NCBI GenBank assembly: GCA_043739185.1 | Contig: JAYUEN010000155.1 | Span: 30,732 to 94,731, forward strand | Direction: 5' to 3' | DNA length: 64,000 nucleotides | Origin: Bdellovibrionales bacterium | GTDB taxonomy: Bacteria; Bdellovibrionota; Bdellovibrionia; Bdellovibrionales; JAMPXM01 | Shown here: positions 18,376-28,401 of the stretch, in pieces | Layout of the letters: each line of letters opens with the position of its first letter | How positions within the stretch are numbered: position 1 is the first letter of the stretch | Notes under the pieces: model-generated | What the model saw: only the letters and a program-made list of their open reading frames with translations | The model's database searches: none | What the model was told of the DNA's origin: nothing | Made by a program: the position numbers and the translations under genes

Positions 18376-20104
18376 TTAGTTTTCGGTAAATTCCTTTTTC
18401 TTCTTTGATTAAATCTTGATGGGAGCCGAGTTGCATGATTTTGCCATTTTCAATGACGCAAATAATGTCGGCATTTTGTATGGTCGCAAGTCGATGCGCA
18501 ATGATCAGGGTTGTTCGGCCTTTCATCAAGCGCGTGAGTGCTTCTTGTACCAAAGCTTCACTTTCGGTATCAAGAGCACTCGTAGCTTCGTCAAGTATTA
18601 AGACCTTCGGATTTTTAAGCAATGCTCTGGCAATGGCGACTCTTTGTTTTTGACCGCCAGAAAGTTGTATCCCGCGCTCGCCGACTAATGTTGAATAGTT
18701 TTCGGGAAACTTCAAAATGAACTCTTCTGCATTTGCCTGTTTGGCTGCAAAAATGACTTCGTCTTTGGTGGCAAACTCATTGCCGTAACGAATATTTTCT
18801 TCAATGCTCGAGGAAATTAAGATGGGCTCTTGCGATACCAAGCCGATTTGTCCACGCATCCAGTGTGGCTCCAAACTTTTAATGTCTTCACCATCGAGCA
18901 GGATTTGGCCCTTTACCGGATCATAGAATCTTGAAACCAAGCTCGCTACGGTGGTTTTGCCACTTCCTGAGGGGCCAACGAGCGCCACCGTTTGACCGGG
19001 TCTTAAATGAAGATTGAAATCCTTGAGGACACTGGTTTCGAGTCTGCTCGGATAAGCGAAATCGACTTGCTTAAATTGCAGTTCGCCGGTGAGTCTCTCG
19101 ATTTTTTTACCAATGCTGTTTTGAACAAGGGGAGTTTTATCTAAAATTTCAAAAATTCTCTTGGCTGCTCCCACTGCCGACATAAAGTCTCCCCAAAGAC
19201 TTCCGAGAGCTCCTACGGCAAACGACATAATAAGCAAATAGAGCAAAAACTGGGTGAGGTCACCAATGCTCATTTGATTTAAGATAACGAGCTTGCCGCC
19301 AAACCATAGAACGCCGACAACTGCAAAAGAACCAATCATAGTGGCAATACCGGTGAAAAGAGCAATTTGTAAAACGCGGCCCCGAGCAGATGCGAGTGAC
19401 TGAACAAGGCTTGAGTTGTATCTCGCTTTTTCAAAATTCTCCTGCGCAAAAGATCTCACAGTTCGCATTCCTGAAATGGTTTCTTCGGCAACAGTTGATG
19501 CTTGAGCTAGGGCATCTTGAGATTTTTTTGAAAAACCACGAATGCGCCTGCCAAAAATACCTGCGCCAAAAGCAACGGGTGGTACCACGAGCAGCATGGT
19601 CAAAGCCAATTTGGGTGAGGTATAAATCATCATGGCAAGTCCGCCGATAGCACCAGCTACATTACGTAGGCCCATAGAAATATTTACGCTCACGGCGTTT
19701 TGCAAAATGGTGGCGTCGCTTGAAATACGACTCATCAATTCGCCCGTGCGATTGAAATCAAAGAAGGCAATTTCTTGTTCGAGAATATGGGAGTACAGAT
19801 TTTGCCTTAAGCGCAAAACTATTCTTTCACCGGCCATAGTAAATAAATAGTAGCGAAGAGCTGCAGCAATGGATTGTATGAAAAAGATTGCAAGCATCAG
19901 AGCTGCGACTTGATTGATTTTATCCATTTGCTTGGAGTTCAGTGCGCCATCGACCATATTTTTAATGAGCTGAGGATAAACTAAGTTGCTCGAGCTCCCA
20001 ATCGCCAAAAATACCGTAGCAATTAAAAGTGTTTTGAGTTCTGGACGCGCCAATTTTAAAATGCGCAACCACAGACTTTTAGAATCAATCGAATTCATGT
20101 TCAC
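18350..20104 (-). CDS. ABC transporter, fused permease/ATPase (ABCB/MsbA-like exporter)
   Basis: It has six N-terminal TM segments, Walker A 'GPSGSGKT', the signature 'LSGGQKQR', Walker B 'ILILDEATSALD' and an H-loop 'IAHRL'. Confidence 0.9.
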   Translation of the reverse strand: MNMNSIDSKSLWLRILKLARPELKTLLIATVFLAIGSSSNLVYPQLIKNMVDGALNSKQMDKINQVAALMLAIFFIQSIAAALRYYLFTMAGERIVLRLRQNLYSHILEQEIAFFDFNRTGELMSRISSDATILQNAVSVNISMGLRNVAGAIGGLAMMIYTSPKLALTMLLVVPPVAFGAGIFGRRIRGFSKKSQDALAQASTVAEETISGMRTVRSFAQENFEKARYNSSLVQSLASARGRVLQIALFTGIATMIGSFAVVGVLWFGGKLVILNQMSIGDLTQFLLYLLIMSFAVGALGSLWGDFMSAVGAAKRIFEILDKTPLVQNSIGKKIERLTGELQFKQVDFAYPSRLETSVLKDFNLHLRPGQTVALVGPSGSGKTTVASLVSRFYDPVKGQILLDGEDIKSLEPHWMRGQIGLVSQEPILISSSIEENIRYGNEFATKDEVIFAAKQANAEEFILKFPENYSTLVGERGIQLSGGQKQRVAIARALLKNPKVLILDEATSALDTESEALVQEALTRLMKGRTTLIIAHRLATIQNADIICVIENGKIMQLGSHQDLIKEEKGIYRKLIERQLSQI

Positions 20105-20109
20105 AGTCC

Positions 20110-20493
20110 TTAAATATCGAGTTCAATACTTCGGCCCACCGGTCGAATTGAAAGTGCAGCTAGCTTGAAATGCTGAACTCCAAATGGAATTCCAATGACG
20201 CTGATACAAAATAAAATACCAAGACCTAAATGACCCAAAGCTAGCCACCATCCCGCGACAATGAACCAAACAATATTGCCGAGCGTGCTGAGAGCACTGA
20301 GCGCAGGAGCAGATTCTCTTTTTTCAATTTTAGATCCGAATGGCCAGAGATTCATGAGCGCAATATTAAAACAAGCTTTCGCCCAAGGAATTCCGACGAT
20401 TGAAATGAGCATGATAAGACTTGCAATAAACCAACTGGTGGCCGTCGCAAAGCCACCTAAAAATAACCACAATAGATTGAGAATAATATTCAT
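20110..20493 (-). CDS. yccF: YccF-family inner membrane protein
   Basis: It contains 'LNLLWLFLGGF' and duplicated 'IVGIPW/VIGIPFG' motifs, is 127 aa, and is collinear with E. coli YccF as I remember it. Confidence 0.85.
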   Translation of the reverse strand: MNIILNLLWLFLGGFATATSWFIASLIMLISIVGIPWAKACFNIALMNLWPFGSKIEKRESAPALSALSTLGNIVWFIVAGWWLALGHLGLGILFCISVIGIPFGVQHFKLAALSIRPVGRSIELDI

Positions 20494-21377
20494 ATATGAC
20501 TCTTGGTTTTTAGAAGTTTGGATTTGAGTTGCTCAATAAGCCGATTTTCTTGGTCTTCAAGACCAATAGGCGTCCAGATGGAGTAGGGGATTTTCTTTTT
20601 TGTCAATTGAGCCTCTAACCCATGAAGGTGAAGTGCGCCAATGACCAGAACTTTTATTCCCTTGAGTTGCTCAAGCTGCAAAACAAAATTGTCGTTTCGC
20701 TGTTGTAAAAGATTTTCAAATTGGTCTAGAGATTTTGATATTTCAGAGTTTAGATTTTCAAGGACAAATTTAAGACTGGAATCTCGTGGTAGGCGCAAGA
20801 CCTCAGCAGCTTTATTTAAGTAGGACTCGCGATCTTGCGGACTAAGTTGGGGGTCCTCAAGGCGCATTTTAAAGCCTGCAAAGCCACGTAAATTTGAAAG
20901 TGCTAATAAGTTATCATGAATGAGCTGCTCGCGATCACCACAAGCCACGACTAAATTGTTTTTATATTTTGCTTTTATTTTATAGGCTATTGGCGCAAGA
21001 AGAGAATCGATATTGTGTTTTTGACTCAGTTCTCCTGTGAGATCATCAACAGACCAACCGTTAATTTTTACACTCGTTTGGTTTTCAATTGGCCCTTCGC
21101 AACCTTCGGCAAGCAGAGAGTCAATGGTATGCCCCTCTACCCAAGTAGAGAGCTGAGTGTAGATTGCCAATTGATTGGCCTCTTGTGGTGGATGCTCGCT
21201 CGGAATTGGACCTGAACCTAAATGCCATTGGGGAATTAAAATGACGCCTTCATCTTTTATCATTTGGGTGCGCGTCCAAGTGCCCAATTTCAAATTGCTA
21301 ATATTTGAAATTGGTTTTGGTGTCGAAACGCAGCCCACCAAGAGGTAAAAGAAAACATAGCAAATATTGAATTTCAT
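20490..21377 (-). CDS. Lipoprotein, hypothetical (possible TraB/GumN/Tiki-like fold)
   Basis: It has the lipobox 'LLVGC'. The C-terminal 'VLVIGALHLHGL' resembles the GAxHLxG motif of TraB/GumN proteins. This is a weak assignment. Confidence 0.45.
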   Translation of the reverse strand: MKFNICYVFFYLLVGCVSTPKPISNISNLKLGTWTRTQMIKDEGVILIPQWHLGSGPIPSEHPPQEANQLAIYTQLSTWVEGHTIDSLLAEGCEGPIENQTSVKINGWSVDDLTGELSQKHNIDSLLAPIAYKIKAKYKNNLVVACGDREQLIHDNLLALSNLRGFAGFKMRLEDPQLSPQDRESYLNKAAEVLRLPRDSSLKFVLENLNSEISKSLDQFENLLQQRNDNFVLQLEQLKGIKVLVIGALHLHGLEAQLTKKKIPYSIWTPIGLEDQENRLIEQLKSKLLKTKSHI

Positions 21378-21486
21378 TCGCAGATGCTAAACCAAAGAGC
21401 TGCCACCTGACAAGATTTCAATTTGAGTCTGCGTTAAAAAGCGCTGCCTTATTTGCTTTCTTGGTTAGGGAGGATTAGAAGATTTC

Positions 21487-22953
21487 ATGAAAATTGTAAT
21501 TCAGCTCGCTTTGTCCATTTTTTTGTTTACAGCCTGTTCGTCTCTAGTTAATCGCGCGGATAAGCTCTATGAAAACGAGTCATACGAAGAAGCTGCAGAG
21601 CTCTATGAGCAAGTACTAAAAACCTCTCCGAATAACGATGAGGTCTGCATTTCTCTTAATAAAACCCATTTAAAAATTATTGATCGCAAACTCATTCAAA
21701 TTCGAAAATATCGTTTGGCCGGTGATCAGTGGGAGAGTACAAAGCAACTTTTACAATTGGTCGAAAGTGAAAGCAAATGGCAACACTATCCAAAAGGGCC
21801 TGTGGCATTTACTCAAGGCGAGGAAGCGAGATTTTCGACGCAATTTATTGAACACCAAATGAATTTGGCTCTCGAGCAGGGCCTGGCTTTAAAAGCCCTT
21901 TCGCATTTACGAACTTATGCGCCAATCTTCGCTGACGTCAAGGACACAGAAATTGATAAGTTTGAAGGACGCATCAATCAAGCTGGTGAAAAGCAATGCC
22001 AAAAGCTCAGCGCGGATATTCGAAAGGATCACTTTTTTTACCAAGAATTCACCAAGAAGTTTTGCGACTTTTGGTCCGTGCAAATAGCAAAAAAGCAAAT
22101 TCGCATGATACAATTGCCAAATTATTTATATAAAGCATTGCAGCTCAATTTTTCTGTCAATTCATTTCCCCCTGACGAAATTTCATTTTTGACAGATGAA
22201 TTGGCTGCGGCTTTTAAGGCATCACCTTGGTTCTCTGTCGATAGTTCGAAAACGCTGTTGATGAATATCACGGGCGATTACAAGCACGATGAGCGCAAAG
22301 ATCAGGTTCACTTGAGTCACTCATATGAAGTTAAAATCCCATACACCGAAGTACATACCGAGAAGAAACGCGAGCCTCCGCACGATGTGCTTGGTCAGAC
22401 CCTTGCAGTCTTGGGCGCCTTTGCAGTTTTGGGTGATACCTATTCGACAAGCATCGATAACAAAGATGGAACTGAAACAATAACTGAGCATAAAGTGAGG
22501 CTTGAGCCTCGAATTTATGAATATTCAGCTACGCAATATTCACAGAGTTTTAAACTAGGCTTCAATACAGAGGCAACTTTAGAAAAAGCCAGATTTAGTT
22601 TCAACTATCAAAGCGAAAAGCAGAACAAAAGTATTGAACACCATAATGATTTGCCATCAATTGGATTGTTCCCTGCAGCGGCTAAGCTCCTAAGTAACCA
22701 TGACTTTATTTCAGAGAGTACAATCGCAATGAAAACGCAGTTTACTTTAAAAGCAAAAGATCAGTGGAAGGAACAATTTTGCAGGCTCACAAATTCAGAC
22801 TACAAGCTCACTGATTATTCTGAAGCAGTTTTACGTTGTTTGTATGCTGATTTGAATCCGGTGCCGGATTTTGTGGATGATTGGTTTTTAAAGAATTTTG
22901 GTCTTAAGACGGCAGAGGCGCGTAAACGAATGCAGATTGGCTTTGTGAATTAA
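21487..22953 (+). CDS. Lipoprotein, hypothetical, with an N-terminal TPR-like segment
   Basis: It has the lipobox 'LFTAC' and 'YENESYEEAAELYEQVLKTSPNNDE'. The rest is unrecognised. Confidence 0.5.
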   Translation: MKIVIQLALSIFLFTACSSLVNRADKLYENESYEEAAELYEQVLKTSPNNDEVCISLNKTHLKIIDRKLIQIRKYRLAGDQWESTKQLLQLVESESKWQHYPKGPVAFTQGEEARFSTQFIEHQMNLALEQGLALKALSHLRTYAPIFADVKDTEIDKFEGRINQAGEKQCQKLSADIRKDHFFYQEFTKKFCDFWSVQIAKKQIRMIQLPNYLYKALQLNFSVNSFPPDEISFLTDELAAAFKASPWFSVDSSKTLLMNITGDYKHDERKDQVHLSHSYEVKIPYTEVHTEKKREPPHDVLGQTLAVLGAFAVLGDTYSTSIDNKDGTETITEHKVRLEPRIYEYSATQYSQSFKLGFNTEATLEKARFSFNYQSEKQNKSIEHHNDLPSIGLFPAAAKLLSNHDFISESTIAMKTQFTLKAKDQWKEQFCRLTNSDYKLTDYSEAVLRCLYADLNPVPDFVDDWFLKNFGLKTAEARKRMQIGFVN

Positions 22954-22957
22954 AAAT

Positions 22958-22974
22958 TGGGCCCTTAGGGCCCA
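22958..22974. terminator. Bidirectional hairpin between convergent genes (tgggccc-tta-gggccca)
   Basis: A perfect 7-bp GC-rich stem, flanked by an A-run upstream and a T-rich stretch downstream. Confidence 0.5.
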
Positions 22975-22979
22975 GTGTT

Positions 22980-23477
22980 TTATCGGACGGCAGCTAAGGC
23001 TGCGGCGTAATTTGGCTCATCGGCAATTTCAGCCACCTGTTCAGTATGTAAGACTTTATTGTCTGTTGAAAGTACGACAATAGCGCGAGAAAGCAGGCCA
23101 TTGAGAACTGAATCTGTAAATTCAAGACCCCAATCTTTACCAAAAGTGCTGCGAAAGGTAGATAGAGAATCGCAGTTATTGATGCCTTCAGCACCGCAAA
23201 ATCTCTTCATTGCAAAAGGTAAATCAGCAGCGATATTAAGAACCACAACATTTTTAAGTTTAGTGGCTTCTTCGTTAAATTTACGCACAGAAGTGGCACA
23301 GGTTGGAGTGTCAATACTCGGGAAAATATTTAGGATTTTAAATTTTCCATCGTAGGTTTTTAAAGTGACTTCAGATAAATCAGTTTTTACTAATTTAAAA
23401 TCCTTAGCAGTCGTTCCTTTCGCCGGAAGTTGACCACTGGTATGCACAGGGCTGCCTTTAAGTGTGACGGTTGCCAT
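22980..23477 (-). CDS. tpx: Thiol peroxidase (atypical 2-Cys peroxiredoxin)
   Basis: It begins 'MATVTLKGSPVHTSG' and carries the peroxidatic 'PSIDTPTCA' and resolving 'FCGAEG'. It is 165 aa. Confidence 0.9.
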   Translation of the reverse strand: MATVTLKGSPVHTSGQLPAKGTTAKDFKLVKTDLSEVTLKTYDGKFKILNIFPSIDTPTCATSVRKFNEEATKLKNVVVLNIAADLPFAMKRFCGAEGINNCDSLSTFRSTFGKDWGLEFTDSVLNGLLSRAIVVLSTDNKVLHTEQVAEIADEPNYAAALAAVR

Positions 23478-23549
23478 TGAGACTCCTTTTTTTTGGTTTT
23501 AGGTTTTGCAAGCTTAACTGCGAAGAAGGAAGCCGTCTAGTTTTTAAAG

Positions 23550-23580
23550 CAAAAAAAAGGCAGACTTTGCAGTCTGCCTT
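23550..23580 (-). terminator. Rho-independent terminator of the 1096-aa gene
   Basis: The minus strand reads aaggcagact-gcaa-agtctgcctt followed by T8. Confidence 0.7.
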
Positions 23581-23606
23581 AACGGGATCTTCAAAATTTC
23601 TTAGAA

Positions 23607-26600
23607 TTACTTAGCGCCTGGACAATTTGCGATTGCAGTGCTTTCGCAAACTCCGAATCCATTTGGGTTAGCTCGTGCGCAAGCTTTTACTGCGATATTA
23701 TAAGCAGACTTCAAGTCTGACGCTGGACCGCTTGGGTATTGCTTACCATTCGGGCCGGTCGCTACACACGAAGCTGGTGGTGGCGGCGGTGGCGGAGGAG
23801 GTGGTGGCGCATTCACATAGTCACAGCTTAAGAAATCAGTATTGCTACAGTCGTTTACATCTGTTCCGTCAGCAGTCACACAATTTGAGATCGCGCGATT
23901 GCGAGCTTTATCTGTGTCAAAGCTTTGAAAGTTAAACGATGTAGATACGTTCGGTACTGTTACACTACACATCATTGGATTCAAAACTGAATTGTCCAAT
24001 GCAACACAAGTAACATTGTCTGGGCTTGAACAAGCGTCGACATCTGTTGTTGCGTCATCAGCAATACAAATTTGTTGCGCCATTTGTGAAGCGTAGTCAG
24101 CATCGCGACCTTTTCTGATAAAGGTCACAGGGTTTCCGTCAGCATCAGTACTGCTCGTTGAACAGCTTACGACTGGGGCATAAGAAATACCATCATCGCA
24201 AGACAAATTCGCTTTACACTCAGTCGCATTGGCACTTGTACTAGCCGTACAATGATTGATTGCCCTTTGCGAAGCAGTTCCCGAATCAGGAGCGACCCCA
24301 ACGAATTTAAGATCGCCACTGAAGGTACGGCAAGTCACATTTACAACTGGCATTGGCGGTGGAGCTGGTTCTTCGTAAACTATGTTTGAAGACACATGTT
24401 CGCGAACATCAGCCGCTTGCTCAAGAGCAACGATTGCATTTAAGATTGCAATCCCGGTAGCAACGGGCGAATAATCCGTAACCGTAGGTACGAATACATC
24501 TGAATTGTATGGGCTCTCAAGATCAAGACGACCTTTGAAGGCAACATGCAAGCTTCCACGATCTACGAAACCTTCAACCATAACTTGTCCGCCACCTAAA
24601 TTACGGTAGTGGTTGATTACGATATCATTTGGTCCGAAGTAGAATCGACCAGAAACATAGTTTGAGATTTGCGCATTGAGTTTATCTGTTAAAACCTCAA
24701 GAGCAGTTCGGTAGTAAGTGTGGCGATAGTAGCTCATTCCACTCACTTCAATTGCTAAGTCACGCATTGTATCGGTAGGATAAAATACGCGAGCATAACG
24801 GAATGGGCGGATTGGATAGCTATAGCAATATGAATCGCCATAGTACTGACAATAGAAAGCATGATTATCAGAGTCGTCAAACATCCATAAAACCAGTGGG
24901 TTCCAGAAATGTTCATGGATTCGGATGTCAACGCGTACTGGGTAAGCGTATCCACCACGAAAACCGTGATCGTAATAACTGCTGTAATATTGACGATAAG
25001 TTTTTGTTGGTTCGTTGTAATAGTTATTGTAAACACGTGAACGCTCAACAACTACGTTTTGATAATTATTTACATAAACATTAGTCACATGCGTAATGTT
25101 TTTTGTGATGGTAACACTGGTCACATCGGTCTTATTGATAATGCGATTGTGCATTTCTTCAGAGCGAATATGTCCATCATGAATATTTTGTTGAGTTTCA
25201 TGATTGGCCATATGACTTGGTACCGCGACACCTGCAACTACGATAACTGGCTTTTCAATAATTTTAACAGGTACGACAACTTTAACTCGAACATTTGGAT
25301 CAAATCCAATTCTCACTCCGCCTACAACTTTCAATTCAACTACTGGAGCCGAATGAACAGGGGCCGCAATAACTGGCTTGTCTTCGCGTCTTGCTTGTCG
25401 GTTTTCATATTCTTTTTTGTTGTGCTCAATTACTTTAGCTTGAGCAGCACTTACAGTTTGATTTGGGTTTTGGCTCGCTTGAATGATTTGAGTTTTTTGC
25501 AAAACTATCACTTCTCTTTGCTTTTGAACTGCAACTACTTCTTTTTTCTGAACAGCAGCAACTTCAACTTCAGCAGCTTTTACTTCTTTTGCTTGCTTTA
25601 CTTCAGCTGATTTTACGGGCTCAGCAATGCGTGTTTTTGCTTTCGCTCGCTCCTGATCAGCTTTTGCTCTTTCTTCTGCAATTTGCTGAGGTGTCTTAAC
25701 CACTACTGGGTTTTGCGATTGAGCTTGAACTTGAATAGCCTTGCGTTCTTGGGCTTTTTGAGCCGCAATTTGCTTAGCTTTTTCGTCCGCAGCTTTTTGC
25801 GCAGCCTCTTCTTTTGCGCGCTGAGCTTCGATGGTTTTTGCATCATTGGCTCTTTGTGCAGCTTCATGCGCTATTTTTTGAGCTTCTTGATCCTTTTGTG
25901 CACGTTCAATTGCCGCTTGTGCTGGTGTTTGGTTTTGTGCAGTTTTTAATTTATCTGCAACACTGGCTTTGTCTTCAGCTTTAGCAACGATTACTGGCGG
26001 TGGTCCTACTGGATTCTGCGGAGCAGGCTTACGATTTGCCTTATCCTGTGCTTCTCGAGCAGCTTTGTCAGCAACAGCTTTATCAGCAGCAGCTTTATCA
26101 GCTTTAGCTTTTGCTTCTTGAGCAATCTTGTCTTTTGCAGCTTGTTCAGCTTTCACTTTATCTTGCGCGGCTTTATCTGAAGCGGCCTTATCAGCGGCAG
26201 CTTTATCTTTAGCAGCTTGTTCAGCTTTCACTCTATCTTGAGCGGCTTTATCTGAAGCGGCCTTATCAGAGGCAGCTTTATCTTTAGCAGCTTGTTCAGC
26301 TTTCAATTTATCTTGCGCGGCTTTGTCTGAAGCGGCCTTATCAGAGGCAGCTTTAGCTTGTGCGTCTGCTTGAGCTTTACGTTGAGCTTCGGCTTGGGCT
26401 TGAGCTTGGGCCTTGGCTTGTGCATCTTGTTGGGCTTTAGCTTGCGCTTCGGCTTGGGCTTTACGTTGCGCTTCGGCTTGAGCTTGTGCTTGAGCCTTAG
26501 CCTGTGCGTCTTGTTGGGCTTTAGCTTGCGCTTCGGCTTGGGCTTTACGTTGCGCTTCGGCTTGAGCTTGTGCTTGAGCACGAGCCTGTGCATCTGCTTG

Positions 26601-26897
26601 AGCACGTGCTTGTGCATCTGCTTGAGCTTTGCGTTGTGCTTCTGCCTGGGCTTGTGCTTGGGCGCGAGCCTGTGCTTCGGCCTGAGCTTTAGCTTGTGCT
26701 TGAGCTTCGGCCTGTGCCTTCGCTCTTGCTTCGGCTTCAGCTTTCGCTTTGGCTTCGGCTTCAGCTTTCGCTTTTGCGGCGGCCTGGTCTTGCGCCGGAG
26801 TAGTAGCTCCAAATGCTGAGCTTGATGGCAGAGATGATGCGATCATCGAAACTGCAATCAAGGCTATCAGAAATGGAGATTTTAAGTTTTTCTTCAT
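23607..26897 (-). CDS. Large secreted repeat protein (1096 aa): signal peptide, Ala/Gln/Lys/Glu repeat region, Tyr/Asn-rich core, four 4-Cys modules, Pro11 linker
   Basis: The single long ORF starts with the signal peptide '[30 protein letters not shown]'. It has its own terminator. The architecture was read directly from the translation. Confidence 0.8.
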   Translation of the reverse strand: MKKNLKSPFLIALIAVSMIASSLPSSSAFGATTPAQDQAAAKAKAEAEAKAKAEAEARAKAQAEAQAQAKAQAEAQARAQAQAQAEAQRKAQADAQARAQADAQARAQAQAQAEAQRKAQAEAQAKAQQDAQAKAQAQAQAEAQRKAQAEAQAKAQQDAQAKAQAQAQAEAQRKAQADAQAKAASDKAASDKAAQDKLKAEQAAKDKAASDKAASDKAAQDRVKAEQAAKDKAAADKAASDKAAQDKVKAEQAAKDKIAQEAKAKADKAAADKAVADKAAREAQDKANRKPAPQNPVGPPPVIVAKAEDKASVADKLKTAQNQTPAQAAIERAQKDQEAQKIAHEAAQRANDAKTIEAQRAKEEAAQKAADEKAKQIAAQKAQERKAIQVQAQSQNPVVVKTPQQIAEERAKADQERAKAKTRIAEPVKSAEVKQAKEVKAAEVEVAAVQKKEVVAVQKQREVIVLQKTQIIQASQNPNQTVSAAQAKVIEHNKKEYENRQARREDKPVIAAPVHSAPVVELKVVGGVRIGFDPNVRVKVVVPVKIIEKPVIVVAGVAVPSHMANHETQQNIHDGHIRSEEMHNRIINKTDVTSVTITKNITHVTNVYVNNYQNVVVERSRVYNNYYNEPTKTYRQYYSSYYDHGFRGGYAYPVRVDIRIHEHFWNPLVLWMFDDSDNHAFYCQYYGDSYCYSYPIRPFRYARVFYPTDTMRDLAIEVSGMSYYRHTYYRTALEVLTDKLNAQISNYVSGRFYFGPNDIVINHYRNLGGGQVMVEGFVDRGSLHVAFKGRLDLESPYNSDVFVPTVTDYSPVATGIAILNAIVALEQAADVREHVSSNIVYEEPAPPPMPVVNVTCRTFSGDLKFVGVAPDSGTASQRAINHCTASTSANATECKANLSCDDGISYAPVVSCSTSSTDADGNPVTFIRKGRDADYASQMAQQICIADDATTDVDACSSPDNVTCVALDNSVLNPMMCSVTVPNVSTSFNFQSFDTDKARNRAISNCVTADGTDVNDCSNTDFLSCDYVNAPPPPPPPPPPPASCVATGPNGKQYPSGPASDLKSAYNIAVKACARANPNGFGVCESTAIANCPGAK
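26131..26360 (-). repeat. Coding tandem repeat, 75-bp period, about 3 copies (25-aa unit [16 protein letters not shown][LV]KAEQAAKD)
   Basis: Near-identical units start at 26161, 26236 and 26311 on the plus strand. Confidence 0.85.
26357..26600 (-). repeat. Coding tandem repeat, 84-bp period, about 3 copies (28-aa unit [28 protein letters not shown])
   Basis: A stretch of about 70 nt starting at 26425 recurs at 26509, an offset of 84. Degenerate GCTTGx periodicity continues to about 26790. Confidence 0.85.
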
Positions 26898-27339
26898 TTT
26901 CGTATCCTTTTCTTTGTTAGGTTTGTGAACGCGAAAATAAATTAAATCTGAAAAAATTCAGATTCCATTTTGTCTCCACATTCGATCTCGTGTGGGTCTC
27001 ATAGCAGGATCTGTACCAAAGCTTTTTTGCCATTAAAAGTGGCTTGGAATGGCTGGCGACAAATATAAGCGGGAATGGGCTCTCGATTTGTAAAAAATGC
27101 ATGGGCTTCAAAACTGGTGGCAAAAAGAAATTTTGGTGCAATGAATTCATGAAAGGTGTCAATTTGGAATCAGATTATCAGTGATTCATTTTGGGGATTC
27201 TTTTTAAAGATTTTTGAATTTCGTGATAACTATAAGCTGGATCATTAGACTGTAAGATTTGAAAAACATCAGTATAAAGAGTGCAGTTTTTGAATTTGCA
27301 CAGTGTAGTACCCCATTTTTTAGTTGTCGAGGAAACCAA

Positions 27340-28401
27340 ATGAATTCAATTCCAAGCTCCACTATAGCTCTCACTCAAACTGTGCAAAAAGGTGGTTGTG
27401 CCGCCAAAGTTGCCGCCAGCGAACTCAGAAAAATTTTAAAACAAGTTAAATTCCCGAAAGCTCATCCAGCTTTATTGATAGATGGCGGGCTATTTGATGA
27501 TGCCGCCATTTACAAAGTCACAGATGAAATTGCCTTAGTTCAGACTTTGGATTTCTTTACTCCTATATTAGATACTCCAAAATATTTTGGTGCAGTTGCC
27601 GCGGCCAATGCTCTGAGTGATGTTTATGCGATGGGAGGACGACCTAAAACTGCAATGGGCATTTTAGCCTTTCCGGTAGCAAGCATGAGTGATCAAATTA
27701 TCGTTGATATTATGCAGGCCGCGAGTGACAAAATTGCAGAAGCCGGCGCTAATTTTGTAGGTGGGCATTCAATAGATGATGATACTTTGAAGTTTGGTTT
27801 ATCAGTAACCGGTTTTGTACATCCAAATAAAGTATGGAGTAATGCCGGTGCAAAAGTAGGTGACCATTTGATTTTAACCAAAGCCTTAGGTACGGGAGCG
27901 ATGACTGCGGGCCTTAAGCGCCAAGCACTGCGAGAAAGTGAAATCCTTGAAGCAATTGAAAGTATGTCCCTCTTGAATAATTGCGTTGATTTTATAACTC
28001 CAAATTTAGAAGCTGCAATTCATGCAGCAACTGACATAACTGGCTTCGGAATTTCAGGCCACAGTATGCAGCTTGCCATCGCAAGTAAAGTGAGCTTGAA
28101 CCTAAAGCTAAGCGCGATGCCAGTGTTTTCAAAAACCAGATATTGCTTAGAGCAGGGATTTATCACCAAAGCACATCGTACCAATCGTGAATACACTGAG
28201 AAGCATATCAAGCTTAATACTCTCGATAAGATTTCAGAACTGATTATACATGATCCGCAAACCAGCGGAGGAATGTTGCTTGCCGTAGACCCAACAATGA
28301 GTTCTCAAATTTTGGCTGCCCTTAAAAAACAATTTAAAGTTGCCGAATTGGTCGGCGAAGTCATTTCACTGCAAGAGTTTAAGGTGAATTTTGAAGCTTG
28401 A
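27340..28401 (+). CDS. selD: Selenide, water dikinase (selenophosphate synthetase), Cys-type
   Basis: It contains the N-terminal 'LTQTVQKGGCAAKV', 'DDAAIY' and 'DFFTPI.D.P..FG..AA.NALSDVYAMGG'. The ATG at 27340 follows GAGGA. Confidence 0.9.
   Translation: MNSIPSSTIALTQTVQKGGCAAKVAASELRKILKQVKFPKAHPALLIDGGLFDDAAIYKVTDEIALVQTLDFFTPILDTPKYFGAVAAANALSDVYAMGGRPKTAMGILAFPVASMSDQIIVDIMQAASDKIAEAGANFVGGHSIDDDTLKFGLSVTGFVHPNKVWSNAGAKVGDHLILTKALGTGAMTAGLKRQALRESEILEAIESMSLLNNCVDFITPNLEAAIHAATDITGFGISGHSMQLAIASKVSLNLKLSAMPVFSKTRYCLEQGFITKAHRTNREYTEKHIKLNTLDKISELIIHDPQTSGGMLLAVDPTMSSQILAALKKQFKVAELVGEVISLQEFKVNFEA

Noticed and set aside
24755-25949. Several ORFs of 88-183 aa lie antisense or out of frame within the large gene (24755-25051, 24803-25084, 25059-25610, 25683-25949).
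   Set aside because: These are shadow ORFs with a skewed Phe/Asn/Leu/Ser composition. They have no RBS or motif and are fully contained in a well-supported CDS.
26086-26800. I considered whether the tandem repeats could be a CRISPR-like or non-coding satellite array.
   Set aside because: There is no repeat-spacer alternation. All periods are multiples of 3 and lie in frame within a continuous ORF. No cas genes are present anywhere in the window.
26303-26819. Two long ORFs lie inside the repeat region in other frames or on the other strand: 169 aa on the minus strand and 153 aa on the plus strand.
   Set aside because: Their translations are pure low-complexity sequence (KPK/RKL or LGF/SLC runs) produced by the GCTTGAGC-type periodicity. 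The frame that gives the 1096-aa protein is the only one continuous with a signal peptide and the C-terminal domains.
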